This document shows, in pieces, positions 12,583 to 26,972 of a DNA stretch of 64,000 nucleotides. Source of the stretch: Oikopleura dioica (lineage: Eukaryota > Animalia > Chordata); NCBI GenBank assembly GCA_907165135.1, contig OU015569.1, positions 5,704,001 through 5,768,000 on the forward strand, read 5' to 3'. Made by a program: the position numbers and the translations under genes. Under the pieces are notes generated by a model, which was not told the origin of the DNA, did not search any database, and saw only the letters and a list, made by a program, of their open reading frames with translations. Each line of letters starts with the position of its first letter. The stretch's first letter is position 1.

Positions 12583-14032
12583 TCGTCTTCTATTCTCTAT
12601 CTATGGTAATCCCGAGCAGGGTGCAAAGTAACCTCAGCGCTCCTACGCGCTTTCTTATCAAGATGTCAATTCAAGACAAAAAGATCAAGTGCGAGAAGTC
12701 GACTTCAGCGAAATGAGTAACAAGGGTGCAAAAAAGTGCTAGATTCCCAATTAAGAAGATCTTCGGAAATCTAGCACTACTGATTGTCTTTTTTTGAATA
12801 GCCGAGAAACGGTTTATTTTAATTTTACAATAAATATTTAACTTATACAACAGAAACAAAAAGGAAGAGTAAAAAACTTAAAAAGGAATGAAGCGCCCAA
12901 GAGGCAAGGAAAAAGAATCAACAGACTGAAAATGATTAAATAGTTTAAAGTCGCTTTTTGAAAAAGCGGGAATAAAGTAAAAAAAAACTGTATTTTGCTG
13001 TATATAATAAAAACGGTCTAACGAGCGATTTTGATAAATTAGGGCAAGGTTAAATTCGGCGGCTAAGCCTAAAGAAATATAGTAATGATTTTTGAATGAT
13101 TTATGAATTAAATAATACTTTGATTGATTTTCACCAGATAGACTCAAGATCTCCAGCGCGCTCAAGAACGAATACGAGCTCCTGAAGATCGTGACTGCAT
13201 CTGATATAGTAAAGGAAAAGAACAAACAAAAAGAAACAACAAAAATAAAGCAAACTTTTAAAAAATAATGATTTTGGAAAGGGAGAGTTTGTGTAAAAGA
13301 ATAGAAATAAACTGCTCTGAGGGATAATTATGAATAAAACTCAAAAATTGTGAACTTTACTTTGATAAGTCGTTTTTTTATTATTGGGGAGCAAGGCTGC
13401 AGTGCGTCGAAAGATAGCTAATAAGCGCAGGTCAGAAGATTGGCAACAGTTACACCTTTTTCGACTAGCAAATATCGTTTTAATCCCTTTTCATTTTTTC
13501 TAATTCGACATGCATCTTTCCTCGGACCTTCCAGAAAACAGGAATGGCACGGTCGGTGTATTGAGATTTCGACAAAATGTTAAACAAGCCTGCTAGCAGA
13601 GTAAAAGTGCAATGTGTTCAAGTGCTAACTACAGTGGTTAATTGTTTTTAAAGCTTTCTGACCTGAAGTACGTAAACTCAACTAATAATTTCAAATATAT
13701 TAAAAGATAAGGAAACAGAAAACAAGATTTATATTTTTTGAAGAAACTATGTTTTTGATCCGTTTTTTTTTATTTGGATTCAACTTATAATGAAAAAGAA
13801 ACTGGGTTGAACGGGCTGAAGCGAATTCATTTATCTTTTTTTTTGCAAAGGGGAAATCAGTAGTAGTTGTAAATAGAATTAGTTATCGTAGTTGTTTGGG
13901 CACCTGTTAAATACCGAGGCAGCTGTTGGGAGAAGAATTTTTTAGAATACAATTCCGTGAAGGCGCCCGAAGGTTTTTAAGTTAATTATAAAAGGTGTGG
14001 CAACGCCGTCATTTTTTTCTTAACAGGAGTGA

Positions 14033-16169
<2,137 letters not shown>

Positions 16170-16506
16170 TGATGGTTTTCCCGTTTTCTTTGCTTATAGT
16201 CGCCGTGTTCGATGATTATTTATATTTCTTTATTTAAGGCCAGTTGATAAATGATAAATGGAAAGTTCAAGCTTCGCTAATGTCTCGCTTTAACGTCTCA
16301 TTTCTTTTTTGCCGATATCTGAAAACAGGGCGACCGGTTAGTACGTATAATCCCAATAAATACAGATTTTAGAAACAGTATCTTAGTTGTTTGGCAGTAT
16401 CCAGCAATTTAAAGAAATTTGACTAATCTGTTATGTTATTTCACTTGCTCGCTGTTTGATAGAAGGCGTTTCACAGAGTAGTTGTTCTCGGTTTTGCTCT
16501 TTCGCA

Positions 16507-19500
16507 TCAAAACAGATTTTTCGTCCGTGATACGTCCATCATATCGTCTAGAAGCGCTTCCCTTGTCACTCCGATCTTCCTACTTAGATCGGTCTGTTCT
16601 GTGAAGGACAGTCCGTTGAATCTCTCTAATAAATCTCCATCAATGATATTCTTTGCCGCATTCTCCAGGTCTCTGAACTCATTCGAACACTAAAAATACG
16701 ATTGTTCTCTTCGGAATAAAAAGCTCTGCGCTGGAAAATCAAGACTCAGAGCGCGAGAGTAGGTCTAATCTCTTCTTTTGGTAGATGGAACGTATTGACG
16801 GGGCCTCCAGGGAGTGTGTGTAGAACTCCAGCCTTTTTATTATTAACGCCTATGGCCAGCAGCTTTATCTCGAAGAAGACTGGCCTCGCTCTAGTTCTCT
16901 TTTTTTCTCGTTTGCAAATGAATCAATTTAAAATTGAAAACGGAACTAAAAAAACCTTCAGAATGTTACGAGGACGATAAAGTTCACTCATGCAAAAGAA
17001 GGGATGTTTTTGACTTGCAAAATAGGTTAAATTAAAAAGCACACTTACGTATCTATATTCCCTTGGATTTAGGCCGCCGTAATGAGGCAGATGGCTCTGA
17101 ACGAGCGTTTGCAGCATTTCCAATCTTCTGAACACTTTCTCGGACACTGGCACAATGTCTCCCAACGAGCCGTCCAAACCGGCATAAAAAGTGACGTGTC
17201 TTAAAGGCACATAAAGTTTTAGGACAGCGAGTTTGAGAGTTTGAGAGTTTGAAAGCGCTCAATAGTCCTGATTAATTCTGACATAAATATTCGATTACTG
17301 CATCAGAGAAAAGGAAAAAAAAAATTTTTTAAATAAAAAAAAAACTAAAAGAGAAAAGTTACCTGGCATCGTTTTCTGTTAGGGCTACTTTCGTGAAAGT
17401 ATCGTTTTGACGAGCGAGCGAGTTCCACATGGACATGACTCTTTTTCCAAGATTGATGTCAGCTTGTCGGATTAGCTGCTTCCCCCCGTTCGACTCTTTT
17501 TGATCTGGCTTGTACATGTAGACGTGTAAATTTCGCTGCATATCGGTGGAAACGAGCCCGACCTAAGAAAAGCTCTTGTTGACTAACTGTTTCAGTTTTG
17601 ACCTTCAAATGATGTTGTATTGTGGTTTCCCTTCGGGATCTTAGCGGCCTACCCGGAAGGTAATCCGCGAAACAAGACGAATATACCACTCTTTTGGTTG
17701 TAAATGACAAATAAAAAGAAACAGACCATCTTTTTGGTCAAAATCAAGTACCTTATTAATACTGAATAACCCCCAAATTGTGCTGATTTCATCGCTCTAC
17801 TCGCGACTCGGCATTTTTACGAGAGGTCGATAGAAGTAAAAAGTCAACCGGGTCTACTATTAGCTTAGGTTGCTTATGCTCAAAGTTGAACTCCTCTGTC
17901 CCGTTTGTTACCTGGTTTCCGTCGAGTAAGATTCCTACAGCCATGACTTCGCCAGCTCTACGCGCACGGGAAATAGAACTGATGCAATTTCGCTCTCCTT
18001 GGTGCCTCAGAAGCGTAATCCCCTGTTGGATATCGCCGACAAGTGCGTAGTTTTTAAAGCAGTGCGTCGCATGTGTGTAAAGCTACAAGAAAATGTAAAT
18101 TATTTTGTTTTTTTGTTTCTTTTCACTTCTCTAAGACGCGCGTTTCGTGATAAGTTTTACAAATTGTCAAAGTGCTAAAATTGTCTTTCGGATAATAAAA
18201 AATAAATTCACTTTCGCGGTAATTATTACTTTCACGCGACGCCGGGCGGGAGCACTTACTTGTGTATCAACGAAACCGGTGGCTCGCAAGTTGTCATCTT
18301 GAAAAGCGTGAATGAATACTTTCTGTCCTATGGCGGCGATAAGGGCACCATCGAGTGAGTCTACCGCCGACACTGGTCCTCTCTGTGACTCGTCATAAAC
18401 GGTTTTGTATTTGTAGCGAGTAAGTGGTTTCCCAGGCTCTGGAACAACGTCGATTACTTCTAGTAAGATGAGTCTTCCTCTACTTTGGCAAGGGTTAGCT
18501 CTCTTTTAATTTTAACATGTGTCCAGACATTGGACTAGCGCCCAACTGCGCCGCTGTGTCTGAACTTGACAAGAGCTCTTGCGCCTTTTACCAAGGGCGC
18601 AGATTAGCAGGGTCAACTTCAATAACTATTTTAATCGTCAATTAGCCCCACTGGAAATGGAAAGCTCATGTAAAAAAAAACTCTTCGCCGTTATCTATAT
18701 CTAGAAACGATGTTCGGTAGCTACCCCGGTCCTTTGATAATCTTCTCCGCAAACATTGCTCGTTCCGATTGCTATGTACTGTTTTCTGCCGCTCATTGAT
18801 GCTTCCGATTTTAGGTAGACCGAGCGACAACACAGAATATGCTCATGAGCGTCCATTTCTATCCTTGAATTAGGAATTACTTCCCAAGTTGACGGACTGA
18901 ACATTTCAACGAAGTACTGTGATGGTTTATTCTCGTCTCAAATTGAGCAATTACTAAAGGGCCTTCAGTAAAGACCGTTGTAAAGAAGAAAAATAGATGA
19001 AAATAGATTATTAACCATGCCTGTGGGAAAAGCTGAGTTTCGACATTGGCTACTTCAGGCATATCTTCATACTCCTTGTGTCCTTCCGCATTGATCTGAA
19101 CTTGACGTGTAAATTGCGACGCGCGAAGGGCGCGCGGAGGAAGTTTAGTGATCGTCACCTTGGGCAGCATTTCGATCTTCTCATTTCTGCAGCCGCAGAT
19201 GGTCAACACTTTTTGCTCTAGATCGTACGATGAAAAGCACGGCGTGTAGTTGAGCTTGATTTTTTTGAAGGGCCAGTCTGCGTCGTACTTGAGAAACGGC
19301 TGAAGAGTCGCAACTGTGAGTGTTTTTGTGGAATGGCGGAAGTAGAGGAATCCGTGTGGGCACGATTCGTTGTCGAATGGAGTAAACGCGTTTACAAATC
19401 CCTCCTGCCACATAGAATGAATGCTAAACAACGCTGTGATAATCGCCTTCTTTGATTAATCTTCAGATTAATGACAAAATTACGCGAGCTCTGATTTTGG

Positions 19501-22500
19501 GCTCACAAGGTAAATTATCTCTCATAAAGGAGCATAAAATCAGCTCTTTGATGTCAAATACAACTCACTTTAATCTGCCGTCCTGTCCGGAGAAGATCCA
19601 GTGGGGATAAGCCCCACCTAGGAATACTCCCTTGTGTCCTTGTATATTCTTGAATTGTCGCATCATTTTGTTGTTCCGGTGTTTCTTGATAATTTCATCG
19701 CTGACACCTGGAATCCGACGTAACAATTTCGTTTTGTCTTGGAATTTGATAAATCGACCAGACAGGACCGGATTTTCCGTTTGGAATCGAATTGGAGTGG
19801 CGCGGAAACGGTAAATCATCAACTGATCCGCAATCATCACAACTATTCAGGGCTCAGTTTGTCGTAATTACGACAATTATATTTATATATTTATATTTTT
19901 ATTTTATATTTATAGACATCGCATCCAGGAAATTTAACTACAGGCGAGGCTACACTTGAGTCCCTCTCCTATGTAAGGCAGTCCGCATGGTCCCATTTTG
20001 AAGACGTTCATTTCCTGCACGTCCATCACATCTAATCGGCGTCCATCAGAGCCCTCAAAACGGCTAGTTTCGATGATTTTAGGAGCATTGGCAAAGTTTC
20101 GGTCTCCGAAACGTAAAATGCAATCTGGCAGTGAATATATCTCAAGGTTTCCGTTTGCTCGAGTGAGGAACAACCAATGTCGGCCCTTAGCATCGCCGTC
20201 GATAAATTCTTCGAACTCTTCGCCCTCTGCAGTTTCATTCAAGAACACTTTTTAGCGCATTTGACAAATGTAATTGAATAGCGAATTACACTGTGAGTGT
20301 TACTTCACAAGTAAAATACGCTCCTGAATCTGCTGTTGGCTCCTCTATATCCCCGTACAGCAGTTCATCTTCTTCCTCTGCCGTGAGAATTGTATTGAAA
20401 TCTAAGTGGAATTCTTCTCTGTTCTCGTCATCGCCATGTTGAGTTAACGAAGGCTCAGACTGTTTCTCTTTTTTCTCGGATAGTTTCTTTTCTTTTGCTT
20501 CTTGATTTCGAATAATGTCGGGACTCCCTTTACCAAGCACGAAATGGCCTTCATCATCTTTCATTAGCGAGATGTGCATGATCTTCTTGCCAGGGTCGTC
20601 CGACGAACACTCAGGCGCAGTCGAGGTCTTCATCATAACACTTCCATCGGAATTGGTATGCAGAACAAGTGAGATGATTGTCCCCTTCGAAGCGAGAATG
20701 ACCAAGTAAGGATCACAGGCTACTGCTTGGATAATCTGTCCGTTGAGATCGAATGGTTTGTTCTGAATCGTCTCCTGCGTGTCCATGTCGACCAGGACAA
20801 CTGCGCGTGGGAGTACTTGCACGATGTATTTTCCATTACCGATGGTTGAGCAAAATATCGTTTTCGCGTTCGTTGCCAAGCCGCACTCCTCCTTTTTCAA
20901 TTCTTCGAGGATCTGGCCCGTTGTGAAAACCATGGTCTGGTCTTTCTTCGTCATAACTAAGAGACTATGTCTTGTCGATTCTGATCTGCGCAATGTCCAC
21001 ATGTCATTGAAATTCATTGGGAAGGGAAAATTTGATGCTATACTTGGTCGTACTGATTTGTGCAAGACTGTTATGCTGCCTGTTTTGTCCTTGCCTGAGA
21101 GAATGCAAACATCGATGTTTCTATCTCTTGCGTCGCTTCCTACATGGTCGTAGCTATCGTTGTGGTTGGATGTGTGGATCAACTCTACTGGTCCACAAGG
21201 GCCAATATTCGAAATATTATCCATTGTCTCGAATTCATAGCACAAATTAACGTCAAGGTTGAAAATCTCGTCTCCGTAGTACCCGTCAATCGCACCGAGC
21301 TCGTCTTCTTCGGCCTCGAAGATTGTTTTGTTGCGCTTTGGCACAGTGCCATTGCTGTGGACTTTTTCCCAATCCCCGGACGGATCACTCGTTCGTTTTC
21401 GTTTTTTCTCAGGAGAGTTTTCTTCTTTTTCCATTTCGAAATCGAGGGGGTTTTCTTCTTCCATTTCGTTCTCACCGCCATTTTCTTGATTATTTGATTT
21501 GGCATCGCCGTTTTCAACTGATAGGGATGATTTTTTAGAAGTAACTTGATTGTCGCATTTGTAACGTAACAGCAGAGAGTTGCCTAATCTGGAGCCGAGA
21601 AATATCAAGTTATCGTTTAATTTTGTAAGCGTCGTAGGAATGACAGATGAGGCGACCTGATCCAAGTGAAATCTCCTGACATTATTCAGTGAGTCCTTCT
21701 TCAGTGTGATCACATAAACATCTCCGGTTTCGAGGGAGACGCATATAGAATCGCTGGATAACATACACGCTCTGCAATTGAGCAAATTCAACGGGGAAAC
21801 ATCCTGCTCCTTCAAAGCAAAGTTCGTAGAGCCAAATGTGAGGCTATTGAGAGCGACACCGTACGGTGGCACAGACTGGTCCAAATAGATAAGCGAGTTG
21901 GTGGCGAACAGAAGCGATCCTCCAAGCGGTTTCGGAATGGGAAAGATCGCTGATGCATCGAAGGGCAAGCCCGACATTTGCCAAATGATGGGGTGCGTTT
22001 GGTCGATCAGATTAATCGAAAGTGCAACGATCCCACATGTATCTTGTCTTTCGGTGACACGACCCGTCCAAGTCGGCAACGCTTCATAGAGAATCAGCAG
22101 TGTAGGATCGTTGTAGCCGTCGAGGAATTGAAAATCAATGACTGAGGCGACCTTTACTGGCAAATTCTGTACGTCGATCATGAAGGAAGCTACGGCTTGA
22201 TGGGTTCGACCGGACATATCCCTCCCCGTAGCTCGTCGAAAAGGAAGAATCGCAAGATAGGAGCCATAAATCAACACAGCCGCGCATCTATTGAACCCAT
22301 CTACGCGTGCCAGTGCGATCGAGTTGAGTTTTCGAAATCCCCGGCGAAGATCTTCGTCCTGGAAGTAATGCATCGAAACAGTCGTTAGCGAACCTGTATC
22401 AGGCTCGTACTCGACAATCACGCATTTTGACTCTTCAATGGAGAGGAGCAACGAGTCCCGGACGCTGCCGCTGAAGCGCACCCGGGACATTGAGATAACA

Positions 22501-22754
22501 GTGCCCCAGAGTTCAAATTCGTCACAAAGTTCAAAACTGTCGACGTTATTTCCAGATTCGTCTTTTGACGAAGAAATTCGATAGACTGACAAAATGTTTC
22601 CAGCAGCGACGGCCAGGTTTTGCTCGCCATCGTGATAAAAACACAAGGCACATGACTCGTCGACCCCCGTCGGCCTCTGAGATTCCTTATGATATCCGTA
22701 GATCTCGCATGGCGGGAGGGCAGGCGGCTCTTCAGTGTTTTCCTCTTCTATCAT
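16507..22754 (-). CDS. CPSF1: Cleavage and polyadenylation specificity factor subunit 1 (CPSF160)
   Basis: 829-aa ORF with SMHYFQDEDLR, VIDFQFLDGYNDPTLLILYE, TWTGRV and FLGSRLGNSLLLRY; downstream exons EVIDVVPEPG, AIGQKVF, LNPREYR and NIIDGDLL; Met inferred at 22754 after a TTTTTTGCAG acceptor-like site. Confidence 0.95.
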
Positions 22755-22814
22755 AATCACGATTTCATTCTGCAAAAAATGCGCTTCTAGAACATTTGTT
22801 TTCTTTAAAGGAGA

Positions 22815-23281
22815 ATGGAGAAGCTTGATCAGTTTCGCAGAACAATGATCAACCCAACCATGAAAAACCTGGAAATCGACCCAGATGTCATCAAGGTAGT
22901 AAATTGCTTCAGATCAAAGATAAATTGGCTTCGATCTGAATTCATTTCCAGCTCGAGAGCAAAGTGAAAATTTTGATTTTTAATTTTTTTTTGTCAAGGA
23001 ACATGTAGACATATGATAAAGTTGAATGGGCTGGATAATATAAATTGAAATGTTTTCAGATGCTGGAAATATGTGGCAAAGAAGTGCTACGCGAACGGGC
23101 GATGAGTGGCCGAGAACTTGCTGGCCAGGAACTCATCGACTTCATCCGCGACTTGGTGGTCAACGTTGGCAAAATTCGAGAGGCGAGACTCAGATGCAAG
23201 AAACTTGATCCCGAGCTTGAAACTCTTAGGACAGTGGTCAGAGATTCCCTTTTGTTGCTTTCCGAAAGTCGAAAATTTTGA
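22815..23281 (+). CDS. Small hypothetical protein (~100 aa), 2 exons, divergent from CPSF1
   Basis: MEKLDQFRRTMINPT...DVIK, a GT-AG intron, then MLEICGKEVLRE...SRKF*; no domain recognised. Confidence 0.5.
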
Positions 23282-24257
23282 AACTAGTCAATAGTTTTTA
23301 AGTGAAGCCAAAGCAGACTGCCAGAGAATAACCTGTTTTCTCTTATTACCGTTTCCCGATCACTTTAAAAAGCAAGAGACTCCAGCACTCACCAGAGGGA
23401 TTTAAAACATTCAAATAAGCAACAAAACGAATCAGCGTAAAGAAAATAAATATGTATCAATTTGAATAAACTATTTAAACACAATACAAGGAAAGAGACA
23501 AGCCTTCACTGTCGAAGTGTCCTTTTATTCTTTTTAAGAGACTGAGAAACTCTTCAAGAATCGGTAGTTTTCTTAGGTAGTTTAGGTAACGGAGAGAATT
23601 TGAAATTGAACTAGCGGAGAATGGAAAGAATCGTCGCCAAATCGCTCGTCTATTTTTTTTTTGTTTGTTGTTGAATGCAGGAACAGAAGAAGATAGGAAT
23701 AAAAATAACTCAAAGAGATTTCATTTTTTAAGATGTGGGGTAGGCGAAATCAATACAGGAATGTTTTAGGTTATTTCTTTCTGGATTTTAGAAACAGAGT
23801 TATGTAATGTCTCATGAATATTGGGGAGATTAGATCGCAGCGGCCGTTTATATCTGGGTTTTGGTCAAATTTAGGCTTGCTTCAATCAAAATTGAATTAA
23901 AGATCTGTTGATCCCACAAATAGTACAGTAGTTAAGCTAGCCATCCAAATTGTATGATCAAATGGCAATTTTTTAAAGGAAAAAGCTCATGTTCAAATTT
24001 GACTTCAGAACTCGTCAGATCTAAACACACTTAGTATCCGTTTGTTAAATTTTGTTGTTTACTCGAAACTTGCGTCCGATAAAAATGTTAAATTACAATT
24101 TTTTTTTATTTCGGGCTGTCATAACGTATTTATGTTTTCACATAGTATTTACATTTAAAAGAAGAAATCGAAATGGAAAAAGAAAAAATGATTAGGAAAT
24201 GCAGCTCTGATAGAAACATTTAAGTTAGAAAGAATTTATAAAATGAAAAAAGCATTG

Positions 24258-26123
24258 TTAGCCGAGCTCCTCGTTAATCAATCGTTTTAAACGTTCCAGG
24301 TATTCGGGGAATACTTCAATATCGTTATGGCCGGCATCTATTGGAATTTTCGTTTAAAAGTGATTGCGAAAGGGCGGACTTACTATTAACCCAAAGTGGT
24401 GGCAGTGGTTTAGGGCACCTGTCGTGAATCTGCTTTCCGTGAATGAATGGAATTACCTCGTCCTCTGTCCCGTGAATCACCAAAGTCGGACTCCTCACGC
24501 GTTGCACTTTCTCGACACTAAAATAGATGAATTTAAAAAACTTTTTGCAGGCAAAATCCTGACTTTGCCTACTTTTATATTCAAAAAATTCCGTAAAAAC
24601 GAAAGCCCGTAAAATTCTGAGTCGACTGGACCAGACTCAGACGAAAACCGTCAGACGATGACGTCATAAATGACGCTAGAAGTTGTCAAAAATGGCGATT
24701 TTGGGCAAACTTTGAGTCACTTTTTTGGGCTTTTTTGACGGAATTATTTAATGTTCTATAGTTCAAATTGATCCCTGTGAAAAACTGTACTAAGGTTTTT
24801 CATGATTTTTCATTTCGTCGAAATTATTTTTTCGGAAAATTCTAGAGCCAAGTTTTTCAAAATTTTTTTCTTAATCCGTAAAAACCTTAGTGCAGTTATT
24901 AAAAAGCTTTCATTTAAGCTATCAAACACCGAAAAATTCAAGCAGGAACGCCGTTAAAAGAAGACTCAAAGTTTCGGCTTTTTGTAACCTTCTGACGTCA
25001 TTTGTGACGTCATTCTCTAGAAAATTTTTAAAACGATTTGGTCGAATCGACTCAAAATTTTGCAGGCTTTCTTACGGGCTGAAAATCTGACCACGTTAGA
25101 ATTCTGCTTGCAAAAAGTTTTTTAAATTCATCATAGTAATAATACTGTATTGTAACTGTCAGTTAACTGCCGCAATTTGGACTGCCACAAATTGGTCCTT
25201 TTTGGAATTATCTGGAAGACGGCCGGGGACAAAATTGCGGCAGTTAACTGTATTAGAACAAGCGCCGTGGTTTCAATTAATTACTTTTTGAAAGCGTCGA
25301 AAAACCATGTTCTCTTTGCTGTGGGGAACAGAACTCGAAAGCCTGAAGACAAGGGCGAGTGAAGCACGACGGCGGCGCAGTCGACTTTTGTTGCTAGATC
25401 AGTCGTCGGGACTTAACGATTGCGAATTGAAAAATCTTCCTTCATTTTAATAGAATGGTACCTGTGCCGATTGACTGTCCGTAAAGAATGACTTGATCCG
25501 GGCGAACATTATATTTCTCGAGTAGCTTTTCGTACGCCGCGGCGCAAGCTTTGTTCAAGTTTGACTCGTTTGGCTTTCCCGAGCTCTGGCCATAGCCGCA
25601 GTAGTCGTAGCTCAGAATATTGACCTTGAGTCGAGTCCCTAATTGTCAATCAAAAGTTAGCGAAAGCAATATTCGTTTGTGAGTTACCCAGTCCGATGAA
25701 AAACGAGCTCATTTGTCCGAGGTCGACCGCATTGCCGTGCGAAAAAAGAAGCGTGTATTTGGCGCTGGGCGAGCAGGTCACATGCATGCACGAAATCCTT
25801 AATTCGACATTGGAAAAAGAATGCGCAACGGTGTCTCTTACTTTTCGCCAGATCGCGTTCTAGCGTAGAATACGTCAATTTGATCCTGTTCTCGGGCAGA
25901 GTGCTGCCATTCTGCGCGCTCGCTCAAGTGTATTTTGTATTTGGTCCCATTTTCGTCCCGAACTAGGATTAAAATAATGGAGAAAGATGGTCTCGAAAGA
26001 AGAGATTATACCGATTGTGTAAGACGGCTCTGGCGGAAGGAATGCTACCTTGGCTGCGATTCTTGACGGACAGGGTGGACAAAGAAATAACCTACAGAAC
26101 TCCGAACAGCCGAGTCCATTCAT
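24258..26123 (-). CDS. ABHD17: Alpha/beta hydrolase ABHD17 (protein depalmitoylase)
   Basis: N-terminal Cys cluster [68 protein letters not shown] and AGHNDIE. Confidence 0.95.
24526..25132. mobile_element. Foldback-type MITE (~607 bp) with long imperfect terminal inverted repeats, in an ABHD17 intron
   Basis: Perfect 24-bp terminal inversion GATGAATTTAAAAAACTTTTTGCA, with further inverted blocks (AGCCCGTAA, GAGTCGA, ATGACGTCA) extending inward ~150-200 bp; ATA on both flanks. Confidence 0.85.
25160..25250. mobile_element. 91-bp MITE with perfect 19-bp TIRs
   Basis: CAGTTAACTGCCGCAATTT ... AAATTGCGGCAGTTAACTG; CAGT terminus and TA on the right flank are Tc1/mariner-like, but the left TA is missing. 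Confidence 0.8.
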
Positions 26124-26972
26124 TTAAATCTTAAGAAGCTTTGATAGCGATGAATGTATAGTTCAACAATTTGAGTCGTCTTTTAGCGCTTATATCGACT
26201 GGCCAGCTCAATTTTGGCATCGCTTTGGATCCACCAAGTCGGTATATTGTTTGCAGTTACGCTTACCAAATTTAATTTTTGAATTTGGACAATGATTAAA
26301 TATTTAACAAAGAATATGCAATAATAATGGAGTCTGATAAACCGATTTTCGCAAGGAAATCGGGTCTCTCTCTTTTCATTTTTTAAAAAATTATACATTT
26401 TTCTTCAGTTTATTTTAGAAAAAAAAAATGCCAACGAAAACAAAGTCAAATATCAAATAATCAAATCATTCTCACAAAGCAGACATGAATAGGCGCAATT
26501 AAATCGCTAAAACTGATAAAATGCGAATAATTATTTTTCACAAGAAGGTAGTCGATTTCTTCTTACTCTCTCTCTCTCTATCTTTGAGGTATTTTTTGTT
26601 GAGTTATATTTAGTGTGCATTTAGTGTAGTAATGTTTTCGGCTGAGTGGAATATTTGGAGTTGGCGCTCTCCAGAGACGATGCGCCCAATGAAACGAGAA
26701 TGCGGGGGCGCTGCTTTTTCCCTTTCCCAGGGAACAGGGCAAAAAGAGAGCGAGACAGTGAGATCAGAATAGGGATCAGCCCCGGGCCCAGCGCGAACCT
26801 CAATCAACAAGTGATCATGGCTCTGCTAAAAGAGACCAAATCGGCGCTCATCTTCGACTCTTGGGACAGATCGGGCCTACCTTTATTAGGCGCCGGATTC
26901 GAAATAATAAAAGAAAAATAAACTTTATTTTTCCTTAGGAAAAATTCTAGCTCTTTTCAAATACCGACGAAA

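Noticed and set aside
16940-17015. Possible alternative CPSF1 exon (…ELYRPRNILK) inside the last intron
   Set aside because: Phase is incompatible with the upstream donor (stop introduced); direct splicing already matches ortholog length
22755-22775. ORF-track start MQNEIV for CPSF1
   Set aside because: Begins at TTG within an acceptor-like tract; the first in-frame ATG after the acceptor is 22754
24526-25250. Autonomous transposon or transposase
   Set aside because: No DDE or other transposase ORF is visible here or anywhere in the window
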